Shown here: piece after piece, positions 51,010 through 64,000 of the stretch
Numbering within the stretch: position 1 is the stretch's first letter
Layout: every line of letters starts with the position of its first letter
Assembly (NCBI GenBank): GCA_030324005.1
Contig: JARDVH010000132.1
Coordinates: 40,700,265 to 40,764,264, forward strand
Source of the DNA: Negaprion brevirostris
Taxonomy: Eukaryota
Direction: 5' to 3'
Length of the DNA: 64,000 bases
The notes under the pieces: generated by a model
What the model saw: the letters and a program-made list of their open reading frames with translations, nothing else
What the model was told of the DNA's origin: nothing
The model's database searches: none
Translations under genes and position numbers: made by a program

Positions 51010-51782
51010 CTACAAACAGTGAGAAGGTAGGAAAGAAGAGCCATCAAACCCGGAACAAGTACATCTAGAACCACCATCCCTCATAACATTCTATCAAGTA
51101 ATTGCGTTCAAAATTCAAATTTGGTTGATGTTATGCTGCATGGTATCACAAGCAACCATATTTAAAAGCGGGGCTATGTGGAAAATGAAAGCTGTAAAGT
51201 TAAAGTTTTACATTAATCATTTGTCTGACAAGCGTAGAAGTGAAGCAGGCAATGAGTGTATGCTCCCATGGACTATCTGGTGCTGGGTAGACCAAAGGTT
51301 CTAGAGGAATGGCAGATTCCCAACCCAGTGGGTTGTAAGTTTGCATTCCAGAATTAACTGGCATTAGACGTGTCCGCTGTCTAAGTCTGTAAGTTTTTGC
51401 TCATCCTGACTGGAGAAGCATTCCCAGCAAATAATGTGAATGGGGGGAGCTAATGGTGATGGGGAAAACTGGCAGGCCTGCATACGGCACTCAGAACAAT
51501 GGTCACAGAGTAGAACTGAGGGCTACCACTGAGGGGCCTACATGCCAAGCTCTCTGCTCCCAGTGCTGGAACAGAACGACTGCCAGGGAAGAAAAGATGG
51601 AAGATGAAGAGGAAGAGGAGGACTAGCCAGCAGTATAATGGAGTAAAGCAAGGGTGCGCCTGGGAAGTAAGCCTGATGATTAATTATGAGTTATTCGTCA
51701 TGGTGAAATATTTCAATAAAATGCAGTTACTTCTAAAAGGAAACACGTAAAAGTATCCAGTAGAACCTAAAATTAAACGTAC

Positions 51783-51800
51783 CTTCTTTCGCGGTAGTTT
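51783..51800 (-). CDS. ADAM22: ADAM22 18-nt juxtamembrane microexon: (K)NYRER(R)
   Basis: ctctgcttcatgtttgaaag|AAACTACCGCGAAAGAAG|gtacgt. Corresponds to human KNYREQR. Confidence 0.9.
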
Positions 51801-53179
51801 CTTTCAAACATGAAGCAGAGGGAGCAAGCAAATAAAAAAAGTAAATTAAAGCATGTTCACGACAAAAAAAAAGTTTAGGCACTGGAATGCCAATAATTGT
51901 ATGAAGCATAATCATTATAAACCATTTGAAATTCAAACACTTTTATTTTGCTTAATCAAATTTGTATTACCTTTCTTCGCAGCTGAATAATAACCAAGGA
52001 TTTTGCATACAAAATAGTTATTTTATTTGTCTATGTAAAAACATAAGGTAATGGATTTCCTCTAGACATGTGATTTACCTTTCAGGATTTTTTGGAATGA
52101 ATGTCAGTTTTGATCAGATTATCAAAGGGGAAATTTATAACTGAAGTGCATTTCCCAGCAAGTGGGCCAAGAATCCGTAAACGGGATTATATGATCAGTA
52201 AGGGAATCAAGGGTTACGGGAAAAGGACAGGAAAGTTGACATGTGGAATGTTGGATCAGGCACGATCCTATTGAAGGGCAGAACAAGCTCGAGGGGCCAA
52301 GCAGCCCACTCCTAATTCTTATGGTCTTAATTGTTTCATCTTAATTCTCTCCTTGTTATCATGCTCACACCCCCGCTACACTTTTCCAATGATCAACATT
52401 AGCTTCAGGAACAACACCTTATCTTGGGCATTTCATAGCCTTCTGGACTCAACATTGAGTTCAACAATTTCAAACTGTAAACTCTGTTCCCCATTTTGTT
52501 TTGTTTTCTGAGCATGTTGATGTTTTTTCTCTTATTTTTTGTTCTCAGTCAGCAGCACACCTGCTCCAGGCACATCTTCTGTTTCTTTATTTCTCTTCTT
52601 CCCCCAGCACCATTCCCTTTGGCTTTGTAAGGCTCTTCTGTCTTTCAGTCTCTACCTTCCACTCTGTCACTGACTTTCCCATGTCTTTGTCCCATCCACC
52701 CCTCCACATCTCCAACTTTTGCCACGTCTTATGAAAGGTCATCAGCCTCAAATGCTAACTTTGTTTCTCTCTTCACAGATGCTGCTTGACCTGCTGATTA
52801 TTTCCATCATCTTCTGTTTTTATGACAGGGAGGCAGTAGCAGAGGCAGAGGGAAACTGGAGCACCTGAGGAAACCCACACAGACACGAGGAGAATGTGCA
52901 AACTCCACACAGACAATGATATTGTCCCTAGTAATCCAGAGACCCAAAGTAATGCTCAGGGATCAGGGTTTGAATTCCACCAGAGATGGAGAAATTTAAA
53001 TCAATTAAACTTGGAATTAAATGTCTAATAATGAACATGAAATCATTGTTGTAAAAATAAAAACTGAACTGGTTCACTAATGCTCTTGGGGAAGTGAATC
53101 ATAGAATCACAAAGTCCCACAGTGTGGAAGAAGGGCATTCGGCCCATCAAGTCTGCACCGAAAACAGTCCCACCCAGGC

Positions 53180-53525
53180 CGTAGATGGAGTAGAGAAAAT
53201 GTTTCCATTAGTAAGAGAGACTAGGAATTGAGGGCACAGCCTCAGAATAAAGGGATGATCCTTTAGATCCAAGATAGGAAGTAATTTCTTCACTTGGAGG
53301 GTGGTGAATCTATGGAGTTCCATAGAACTCATTGCCACAGAAGGCTGTGGAGGCCAAGACATTGAGTGTATTTAAGGCAGAGGTGGTTAGATTCTTGATT
53401 GGTAAGGGGATCAAAGATTATGGGGAAAAGGCGGGAGAATGGGGTTGAGAAATTTATCAGCTACGATTGAATGGTGGAGCACACTCGATGGGCCAAATGG
53501 CCTAAATCTGCTCCTACACCTTATA
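53180..53525 (+). mobile_element. CR1 3' fragment
   Basis: GGGCACAGCCTCAGAATAAAGGG...TTCTTCACTTGGAGGGTGGTGAATCTATGG, with CR1 tail. Confidence 0.85.
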
Positions 53526-55370
53526 GTATTTTGCCGAGCTCAATGTTGAGTCAGTAAGGGTGCAAAGTTGAAAGATGAGGTGCTGTTTCTCCTGTTGAGT
53601 TGCATTGGAACACTGCAGCAAGTCAAAGACAACAGGAGCACTAAACTGACAAACGATGTGCGAAAAGTTCCAGTTGGCCTTTGATGATTCACGATATTTG
53701 GCCTTTAATTTACCTCAACTGACTACCAGCTGCTGGCGAGCAGGTAACTGGACTGCCCAATCTGACCTCTGACTAAATGCTTTGGGGGTGCGGTCATTCT
53801 GGCAAGCCAGCATGTAGGCTGACAGTGTAAAATTAGCATTTAATCTCCTGAGAAATCAGCAAATAAAATTTAACTTCAATCTGTAAATGTTCCATATTGT
53901 TTCATTTCATGTCAAAGTCATTCACATTGCCACTTACTCCAGTACTTAATATATCCCAATAGATATTTTAGAAGAGGATATATTAGAATACACAAATAAA
54001 GCTTTTGCCAATCTTCCGCTAAATTTATGGTGACTGATTGGAGGAAGTTCTTCAGGAATTTCCTGGCATTAGTAAATTTTAATGTTTCATGAGCAAGGCT
54101 GGCACAACTACTGGGCAAGCCAGGCGGTTGCCCAGGAGAGCAAGACTTGGGGAATGGCAGCCACAGCACTAGCAAAAACCTAAACTATCCGAAACTTTAA
54201 AATGAGATGAGCCACTTCTCATGAGTCCCTAGAGATGAGGCACTATGCAGTTTTAGTTTAATCACTCCGGAATTTTCCAGAACAGGCAATTACAGCCTTT
54301 TTCCTACTTCTGCATTCCTCCCCACCCCACTGCACCCAGCATGCTTGTTAATGATAGCCTCCTGACCGTTTCCCTCAACATGCCACTGCTCACAGACCAG
54401 ATTATCCAAGTGGTCCCTTTCCTTCCCCCTCTCAACATGTGTTCACTGATTTGCCAATCATTTCCTTCCTTTCATTTTTTTTTATTCATTTGTTGGACAT
54501 GGGCTTTGCTGGCTGGCCAGCATTTATTACCCATCCCAAGATACTCAAGTGCAATTGAGAGTCAACCACATTGCTGTGGCTCTGGAGTCACATGTAGGCC
54601 AGGCCAGGTAAGGATGACAGATTTCCTTCCCTAAAAGGACATTAGTGAACCAGATGAGTTTTTCCAATAATCGACAGTCATCAGTAGATTCTTAATTCCA
54701 CATTTTTTTTTATTGAATTCAAATTCCACCATCTGCTGTGGCAGTATTCAAATTTGCGTCCCCAGAGTTTCTGGATTAATCATTTAGCGATAATACCACT
54801 GGCCCATTATCTGCCTTGCAACCCAATGACCTTCTCTCTTCTCTGTTAACACTGTTTGTGCTTTCGATGCACTGTTATTTTGATATTTTGATATTCAGGT
54901 GCTGGTGTCCACCCTTTAGCTCATTTTGCCTTCTTCCACTCATTATGTGCCAAGCACACGAGAAATAGGAGCAGAAGTAAACCAGATGGTCCCTTGAGCC
55001 TGCTCCATCACTCAATACAATCATGGCTGATCTTGGGCTTCAACACCATTTTCACACTTACTCTACATACCTCTTAATTCCCTGAGAGACCAAAGGTCTC
55101 TCTATCCCAGTCTTGAATGTATTTAACATTTGCTGGGAATAACTTTTGAACAATTGATGCCAGTTGACTAAAACTAGGAGTTCTGTGTCTTTGAATTCAA
55201 CCATTTGGAACATCTGGGTGATCTTGTGATGATGTAGGTTGCGATCTCGTGAGACGTGTGGGAGCTGAGTGAGTATAGTGACTGGTGCTAAGGGAACATG
55301 ATGCTTAAGCTCTCATTGCTCTGCCCCTGGAGATCAGAGGAGGGCTGAGGGCAGGCTGCAAATAGCAGAA

Positions 55371-55690
55371 GGTGGCATGGTGGCACAGTGGTTAGCACTG
55401 TTGCCTCAGTGCCAGGAACCTGGGTTCAATTCCAGTCTCGCGTCACTGTCTGTGTGGAGTTGTACATTCTCCTTGTGTCTGCATGGGTTTCCTTTGGGTG
55501 CTTGGGTTTCCTCCCACATTTCAAAGATGTAGGGGTCAGGTTGATTGGCCATAATAAACTGTCTCTTAGCGTCAGGAGAATAGTAGGATAAATATGTGGG
55601 ATTATGGGAATAGGGTGTGGGTGGGATTGTGATCAGTACAGACTAGATGGGCCAAATGGCCACCTTCTGCATTGTAGGGATTCTGTGATA
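55371..55690 (+). mobile_element. HE1-type SINE, full length
   Basis: GGTGGCATGGTGGCACAGTGGTTAGCACTG ... GATGGGCCAAATGG...CTTCTGCATTGTAGGGATTCTGTGA. Confidence 0.9.
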
Positions 55691-56739
55691 ATAACAACAC
55701 GAGTTTGATAATTTCTAGCAGTTGCATGAGAGTGGAACCATTTTTGTGCATTCATTTTTGAATGTTAATTGTGTGGAGGTCACTGAAGGTTCACCTCAGG
55801 TGGGAAATACTCCTGCATCCATCTTGTTCATGGGATCTCCACGCCCCACTAAGCTATTAGAGAATTAAATGCTATTTACTTAAATGAAACAATGTGACAA
55901 TTCAGAGTTTGCAATAGTCTGCCTGCCTTTGGTCTGGCCCCCATATCAGGGCCAACATTCAGCCCTGGGAATCCACATATGCAGAATAATATGAAAATCC
56001 AGAAGTTATCAGTAATTTGCTGCTTCTCCACAAGTTCCGTTGTTCAGGTCTCCCCAGAATGAAATCCTTAAGCAATCAGAGGATAAATGGAAACCTCCAC
56101 TTTAACCCTGTATTTGTACTGAAAAATGTAAAAGGTTACATGCAAGTAAGTTTTTAACATGATTACTGCAACCTCTCTTATTGATTCTGAAAAGTTTACT
56201 TGATTTTTGTCAATTTCAACTTACTTTTTTAAAGTAACTTCATTTTTAAAAGCCTGTTTTGAATATTTTGACCTGGGTTTTTGCAAAGCAGAGGGCTTCT
56301 CCATTGTTGAAAGAATTACAGACAAGCCCAGAAATAAGCCTGCACATTTACCACAGTTAATCCACATAACCTACACATCATTGGACACTAAGGGAGAATT
56401 TAACATGGCCAATCCACCAAACCTACACTTCTTTGGACTGTGGGAGGAAACCCAAGGGGATACTGTATGGAGTTTTCACATTGTCCCCATGTCTGCGTGG
56501 GTTTCCTCCAGACAGAAAGTGAGAGTAGGATACTGAAAGTTAATGATCAACCATGATCATGTTGAATAGTGGTGCAGGCTCAAAGGGCCGAATGGCCCAC
56601 TCCTGCAGCCATTTTCTATGTTTCTTCTGGGTGCTCTGGTTTCCTCCCATGCAGACACAAGGAGAATATGCAAACTTCATACTGACAGTCACCCAAGGCC
56701 AGAATCAAGCTCGGGTCCCTGGCGCTGTGGTTGGCTTCT

Positions 56740-57110
56740 AGGGGGAAAGGGGCATGAGAATTTGTCTGTTGACTCCCTTTGGGACCTTTCCAACTGGTGC
56801 AGAGTGCAACTACAACAGCAGCCATGTCATCACAAGGATTAGTATCGCGCAGGCCATTGACATTCCAAAAGTGTATTCAGGAATCTTGATCACTCAGGTG
56901 GAACTCTGCAATGTGCCCCAATAAGATATCCAGAATTAGGATGTGTGCTGCACAGCAGAGAAGCCCTACAACTCAAAGAAGACCCATGGGCAGAGTTCCA
57001 ACTTTTAAGTAGGAGGATAATGAAAAGGAGGAGAAGGAAGTAACCCTTGTCCATTCAGATGATTCTGAAATGGAAGAGGAGGTGGAAGAGGAGGTCGGCA
57101 ATGTCAGAAT
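56740..57110 (+). mobile_element. Harbinger transposase C-terminal remnant
   Basis: YNSSHVITRISIAQAI and, after a frameshift, FRNLDHSGGTLQ. These resemble the Harbinger DDE motif YN.AH..TR..IE.AIG.LK.RFRCLD.SGG.LQ. An acidic tail follows. Confidence 0.65.
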
Positions 57111-57312
57111 AGCTGGGGGGCATGGTCATATTGCCAGGGATGACTTTATGCAGGAAGGGCCCAGCACTAGACATGTCCTTGTATGGAATAAATTCAAACA
57201 GGATCCTTCAATCTCACACTTGCCATCAAAAAGTCACTGCTGAGCAACTTGCAATTCAGAACCATTTACACCGATATCACAATTACTCAGGGAAATGCCT
57301 AACTTTGACATG

Positions 57313-60031
57313 CTTCATGTTCTTTTGTCCAACAAGTGCGATATAAAACAGAATTAAAAAATACTGGCGATGAGGAGCAGATCAAATCCCTTCTTGAGTA
57401 AATGAAGGAAAAGAAAATTGGTGCTGCACTCACCAACTGGAAACTTTGGTACTAGTGATGTTGGGGCAGTATCAACAGCAGGTCGTGCGAGTGCACGTGG
57501 CATTAGATCGGTAAGGTTGTTAGGCAGAAAAGAGGAAGGTCCATAGCGAACATGTGAGGAGTTCAGGCTGCAGGGCTCGCCACGAGTGCAGTTAAATGAG
57601 GTGCAGAGGTAGAGTAAACAAAAAGAGAGATTTTGTGCATTGCATCAAAGCCAAGAAAAGCTGCTGCAGCTGGCTNNNNNNNNNNNNNNNNNNNNNNNNN
57701 NNNNNNNNNNNNNNNNNNNNNNNNNNNNNNNNNNNNNNNNNNNNNNNNNNNNNNNNNNNNNNNNNNNNNNNNNNNCCGATTTATTTGATAATAGTCTATT
57801 ATCAAATAAATCGGTTGGACTAAAACCTGGTGTTGTCAGACTTTTTACAATTTGTTGTGCCCTAGAGCATCTCATGGAGCATTGTCAATTTGGTGACTCT
57901 CTGGAGATACGATCAGAGACTGTCTGGTTTGTGAGCAGAGGAATGAGGTTGCAGAGGTTGCTAACTGAACAAAATTTAAGTCTGAAAACAGTTTAGAGAT
58001 AGCCGTTTAAATGGAGCTGGCTGCTAACATGGCTTCTCAGCTCAGAGCAGGCACGAAGATCCATAAGATGCCCAGAGAAAGTCTACCCAGCAACAAACAT
58101 GTCATCACTGTGCAAAAACTGGCCATTCACAGGCTGAGCACTGGAGTAAAGGCAGCCATTTCAGGTGCCAGTACAATATTTAGTCTATGTGATCGATAGC
58201 AAGAGTTTACACATGGCACCCAAGAAGAGGAGGTGATTATGAAGGCTCCATAACCAATGCATGTAACATAGTTAAGATCATTCCGAGGATTAATTATTAT
58301 GGCAAAGTTATTTTGAATCTCGCAACCCTACTTAAGCCATTGCATAATTGGCACGTAATAAGCATAGCAATGGACACCAGAGTGTGAAAAAGCATATCAG
58401 TCAGTCATGAAGTCCTGAAAAAGTCAGAAGTGTTGGTGCATTTCAACCTGAAGTTACCAGTATAACTTGCTTGTGATGCCTTGCCATGTGGAGTTGGAGT
58501 GGTGGCCTCACCATATATTACAATCAGGGGAAGAAAGACCAATAGCTTTCCCATTGTGCACTTTGATGGGTGTTGAATCAAATAATATCCAGTCGGAGAA
58601 AGAGACACTGAGCATTATCTTTGGGGTGCAGAAATTTCACCCACACCTCTATGGTGGTCACATCACATTGCTGACACACCACTCTCCCTTAAGAAATATT
58701 TTGGGCCACATAAAGGCTTTCCATCACTTGTTGCAAGCAGATTTTAACAAAGCTCTTTAATATTATCTGCACATTCCTGCAAAATAAAGTGCTGACAGAG
58801 ACAATGCCAACGCTGATGCATTGTCACACTTTTCCAACTGGTCAAGAATCAGCCAGTAGTGCTTCCAATATCTTCTGTTTTTCTCAGATAGAATACATTC
58901 TAGTGACTGCAGCTGAAGTCCAACAATGGATCAACAATGATCCTGTGATAGGAAAGGTAGTGGAAATGGTGTTTAAGGGGAGGATAATGGGAATCCATCC
59001 CAGATTAAAGCCAGTACAGAGTATTTGTGTGAGAGAGTTGTGTGTGTGTGAGAGAGTTGTTTGTGTGAGCGGGTGGTGTGTGTGTGTNNNNNNNNNNNNN
59101 NNNNNNNNNNNNNNNNNNNNNNNNNNNNNNNNNNNNNNNNNNNNNNNNNNNNNNNNNNNNNNNNNNNNNNNNNNNNNNNNNNNNNNNTGTGTGTGTGTGA
59201 GAGAGAGTGATGTGTGTGTGTGAGAGAGTGATGTGTGCATGTGAGAGTGTGTGTGTGTGAGAGAGACAGAGAGCGTGTGTAAGATAGTGTATGTCAGGAC
59301 TGTGCCAGTCATGTGTGTGGGTAAGGAATGCACTGCATTCATGGGAGTGGCCTAAACTGTCTTGGTGACGTCAATTGCATGTTGATTTTGCAAGCCCATA
59401 CGAGGGGCACATGTTCATGGTTGCCATAGATGCACATTCCAAACAGCTGGAAGTTGAAATCAACAACTGTGGAACAAACCATCAAAAATTCAACGAGATT
59501 TTCACTAGATTTGGAAAACCAAGCAAAATCGTGAGTGATAATGGACCACAAATTCACGGTCAAGAATTTGAAGACTATGTAAAGATGAGTGGTATCCAAC
59601 AAATAAAATCAGCACCTTACCACCCATCAATGAATTGATTAGCCAAAAGGTCCGTCCAGTCCCTGGAGCATTCACTGAAACTCTCTAAGGACCAGGGTTC
59701 ATTAAATCACAATGTAAGCAGTTTTTTGGTGATGTAACGCAGTACCACAAACGCAGAGTTCTCCAACTTTGCTACTTTCCAGCCTATGATTGCTTGTTGT
59801 CATGGGACCTCAGAGGTAAAGTGTTATATATTTGGGGCCGTTTATGTGTTATTGCATTATCTGGTCATGTGTATAGTTCATGATGTTATTGGCTGCTTCG
59901 CAGGCTTTGCAGCACTCTAGATCAAACCTTTGTAGAGTTAATAGCTATTCAATAAACTTGTGATGCTGTTTGCACACACCCCAAATGCTATGACTTCATC
60001 TTCTTTTGTCCTACAAGTGAAATATGTAATA
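57313..60031 (+). mobile_element. Internally deleted Gypsy LTR retrotransposon (5' LTR stub, PBS, gag, RNase H, integrase, 3' LTR 59822-60031)
   Basis: LTR ends CTTCATGTTCTTTTGTCCAACAAGTG (57313) and CTTCATCTTCTTTTGTCCTACAAGTG (59994). ACTGGCGATGAGGA at 57363. Peptides EHCQFGDSL, LACDALPCGVG, ERPIAF, EKETLSIIFGVQKFH, HVDFASPYEG, IVSDNGPQ, SAPYHPSMN. Confidence 0.88.
59027..59280. repeat. Compound (TG)n/(GA)n microsatellite around a gap
   Basis: Direct repeat runs. Confidence 0.9.
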
Positions 60032-60591
60032 TCCCTGATGCTACACTTGGTCAAAAGTGGCTCTGATGCCAAGGACAGTCACTCTCAACTCATGCCTTGA
60101 GCTCAGTGCTTTTGTTCATGTTTGGACTATGATTAGTTTCTTACCCTGCTTGCTGACATCACCCTAGACATGGCGACAGATATAAATTGGCATTGGGAAA
60201 GAAGTCCCATGGCACTGAGACCATTAGATCGTTTTGGGCATATTTTTACCAAAGTCAATGAGCCATTGCTTCACTACTAACCGCAATATCACGCCCCAAA
60301 TATATGGTTGATTGGTAAACTTCCCTCCCTAGAGCATGGGCTCATGAAATTAGGTCTGAAGTCTTATGTGACTACTGTTTATTTCAGTTAATGAAGGAAA
60401 CAAAATATATCCTCTTAATGAGTGTATCACAACAGTGCAGAAAGAGGCCATTCAGCCCAATGAGTCTGCACCAATTCTCTGAAGAGCATCACAATGAAAA
60501 AATTCGGTCAGCATAAATATAGTTATCAATAATGTAAAGGTTAGCTCAAGAAAGTTACACAGCAATACAAAGGCAAAGTTTTGATACTTAC

Positions 60592-60682
60592 TTGTAAAAA
60601 AATGCTGCAACAGCCAAGATTAGGATTGCCATAAGGATGGTCCCTGCGATGGCACCTATGATAATATTGGTTCGAACTGACC
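60592..60682 (-). CDS. ADAM22: ADAM22 transmembrane exon: (G)SVRTNIIIGAIAGTILMAILILAVAAFFY(K)
   Basis: Minus strand cattgtctcag|GG ... TACAA|gtaagt, 91 nt. TNIIIG.IAGTIL matches the ADAM22 TM segment. Confidence 0.93.
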
Positions 60683-63600
60683 CTGAGACAATGAGGAAGG
60701 AACACAACTAATTAATCTCTGAAGAAGTCAGTTAGCAACGATTTAAAGTTGACTCATACGTGTTCCATATTGTTTTCCTTCACATTAAAGCCATCTCACA
60801 TTGTCACTCATTCCTTTCCTGTCATTATGATACTTTAGAACTGGATGTATAAAGATACCTAAACAAGGCTCCTGCTGGTCTTCTGCCAAAATTACAGCGA
60901 TCAGTGGAACTCCCCCAGGAAATTCCAGGTATTTACGCATTTTAATAGATTTCATGAGGTATCTACGAGTTACCAGTCTGTTATATTTCCTGATTCATCT
61001 TCAATGCTATTAAATCTTAAATATGACTATTTGCAATTTCATACAATCTAATGTACTGAACAATTCCTTTCTTTTCCATCTAATTATGCAAAACAGCAGA
61101 ATTAGTAATCCTTTAAAAATAACTAAGGAGTTACACAAAATGTTAATATTAAGAGTCAGTTAGAGTATTTAAATGTTCATATAAGAAACTATTAGGGTTG
61201 CATGAGCTATTTAACTTTATGGTTATATCTCATTTAGGTAGAGGTGTCAGAATATGTGCATTACATTGGTAATTCACAGTGTGTAACCCAAATTCATGGT
61301 AAATTAATAAAATCCATTAACTATCACCTTAAAAAAACCCCAGGATTTGCAAGTTCCAGGTTTGCGCAGGTCATAGGAATTCTGAGAATAGGGACTACAA
61401 ATTTCAAGTAAGTTTGTTTCTTCATAATTACATCTAATTCTTAAAAATGCACTGAATCACCAACACAAAACACAGCACTAGTTAAAAAATAAAAGATGTG
61501 AACTTCTGTACTATTAGATACAACTTCAGATTGTGATATTGGATAGAATTACCTACAAAAATACAAAATAAACAACAGAATAGGGCACACAGGACAGCAC
61601 ATATTTCACCACATTGTTAACTCAGCATTATTACAATTATGCAACTCTTCTTGATGCTCTGTAACTTAAAGCTTAAAAAAAATAAACTTCTTTGATTCAG
61701 AATTTCCATCTCATTGTGAAGGCTTCAGGCCAATTCACATCCAACAACCTGCTCTGAAAATTCTGCGTAGATTTTTATAGCTGTCACAAATTGCACATCA
61801 GCAGCTGAGATTATCAACAACATTCCAAAACAAACAACAACATTCTAAATTAAATAACCGACAATGTTCAAAAAGAAAGTCAATTAACCGATTCTCTCAC
61901 TGTTAAAGGATGGACCATTTAAAATAATTCCAGGGTCCAGAAATGCATCTCCCCAAAACTAGTCAGTTCATTCTTCGAACATACCCTATCTGTCAAGTTT
62001 TTACAAAGTCTGTCGATTAGTTTTGAGATATATTGTTCACAAGCAGGCTAACATACTAACAACCTGTGTAAAAGCACTGGCCAGAACTTTATACTTTCCC
62101 CACCCCAGTGCAGGCTCTGAGCAAGGGGGGGGATTTGATCATCTGGTTGTGAATTTATGCTAGGGCAGCCCTCAGTGGAGAAGCTCACTTTTACCACCAT
62201 TTAATGCCCTATTAAGGTTCTTTTCCTGCTCAACCTGCAACATGACCATCCACCTCTCAGTCTAAACCCTATCTCCCAATGGGACCTGACCAGATCCCCC
62301 TTCCATTGTTGCAACCCCCCCACCCCACCCTATGCCATCTTCTCCAATGCCCCCTTCTGCTCTGGCCATACTCCTCCAGTACTCTGAATCCCCATTTGTT
62401 CTGGACAACCCCCTCCNNNNNNNNNNNNNNNNNNNNNNNNNNNNNNNNNNNNNNNNNNNNNNNNNNNNNNNNNNNNNNNNNNNNNNNNNNNNNNNNNNNN
62501 NNNNNNNNNNNNNNNNNNNNNNNNNNNNNNNNNNNNNNNNNNNNNNNNNNNNNNNNNNNNNNNNNNNNNNNNNNNNNNNNNNNNNNNNNNNNNNNNNNNN
62601 NNNNNNNNNNNNNNNNNNNNNNNNNNNNNNNNNNNNNNNNNNNNNNNNNNNNNNNNNNNNNNNNNNNNNNNNNNNNNNNNNNNNNNNNNNNNNNNNNNNN
62701 NNNNNNNNNNNNNNNNNNNNNNNTTAAGGTGCTTCTCAAGAGTCAGGAAGGTTGGACGAGACAGCAGCTTTCAAATCCCAGTGAAGGTAAGTTCATTTGA
62801 AGTGGCAATCTGACAGAGACTGCCACTCTGCACAAGTTACAGGACATAGAATTTAAGTTTAAAACAGACATTTTTAAAATCCCTACCAACAGCTGGAGAA
62901 ATGTGACCCACACTTACAATAGTTTATCTTCAGTGCCAGGATGGTTATTTACAGTAAGTAACTGTCATCAAGTCATATAAGGTCATTTAGACTGAAATGG
63001 ACAACCACGTTCTGTATTGAGTTTAGTTCATAGTTACCTCGCAAATTCAGCAACCGTAAACCATTCTGATAATATTTCAATGGTGAGCCAGTCAGCAAAC
63101 TGCCATTGTGACAGACTGCAACCTTTGGATATCTGTGCTTAACTGCGCATCTGTCAGGAGCTGGAGCATTTGCATGCAATGTTTACCTTACCAATATTTT
63201 GTCAGCAAATTACAGCCCAACATACTGCATTTCCAGTGATACTAACAAAATAAGAGTTTATAAAACCACACAATTAATATGCGTCATGTAATTACATTTT
63301 ATAATGCTAGTATTCGATATGCATATGAGTAGAAAATGTATGTTTTAACACAAATTAGAATTGGGCACACTGTGTGCACCTTATTCTAAATCAAAATGCA
63401 GGAGATGTTGTTTTATTAAATTCCCTGTGTCTTTCTGGATTAGAACTGTGTTTGTGAAAGAATTCTATTTTAATGAGTCACCTTCCCGCAGGCAAAATGC
63501 AATTACATTCTGATCGTGTCTGCTCTTCTAATTAGCAAATTTATTATGGTAATAAAACTATTTCTTATCTGCCTAAACCAGCTAAGGCCACAGTTAATTT

Positions 63601-64000
63601 ACTGTAATCATTGCATATAATCTGTTAGACTAATAAAAATTAACTGCTATTTTCTTGTCTCCACAGCAGCAACAGTGTCTTGCCATCCCTTGACAAAGAC
63701 TTCTTTTCATTTCTGTGAATAGTCTTTTCCACCATGTTTCTTCTTGTTGCAGTTTAGTTGCCAGCTCTCCAGCAGAAAGCTAACCCAGTAGATTGATTTT
63801 TATCAACTCTACTTAGAAAATGATCTTTCCATTGTGTTAAATCATGACAACCAAAATGAAGACTCACCCCTGCTCTGAGCACAGGTAACACCTTGGCATC
63901 ATTTGCGTAATGCACGGTTCCAAAGTTAGCCCTGTTAAACTCCCTCTCTTCTACCTGTTTTACATTAGCTGGGTTCACACAGTTGGAGCTTAATTCCGGC

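Noticed and set aside
63868-63954. 87-nt AG..GT unit on - upstream of the TM exon
   Set aside because: Open only in phase 0, while this intron is phase 1. No ADAM similarity.

Overview
Eukaryotic genomic DNA, most likely from a shark or other elasmobranch. It is AT-rich with many short N gaps, and its repeats are HE1-type tRNA SINEs and CR1, L2, Rex-Babar, Penelope, Gypsy and Harbinger relics. Two genes converge tail-to-tail. On +, the last six coding exons of the Obg-family GTPase GTPBP10 (215-12199). On -, the transmembrane and cytoplasmic-tail exons of ADAM22 (60682 down to the stop at 20854, ending in the PDZ ligand WETSI), followed by a probable ~5 kb 3' UTR. The most interesting signals are (i) several additional frame-preserving, phase-2 cassette or microexon candidates (12, 27/15, 36 and 51 nt) plus candidate PDZ-less terminal or poison exons in the ADAM22 tail introns, and (ii) the GTPBP10-ADAM22 convergent adjacency, which differs from the human gene order. 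Exon coordinates were read from splice sites by eye. Transposon boundaries and family names are approximate, and comparisons to human proteins are from memory.
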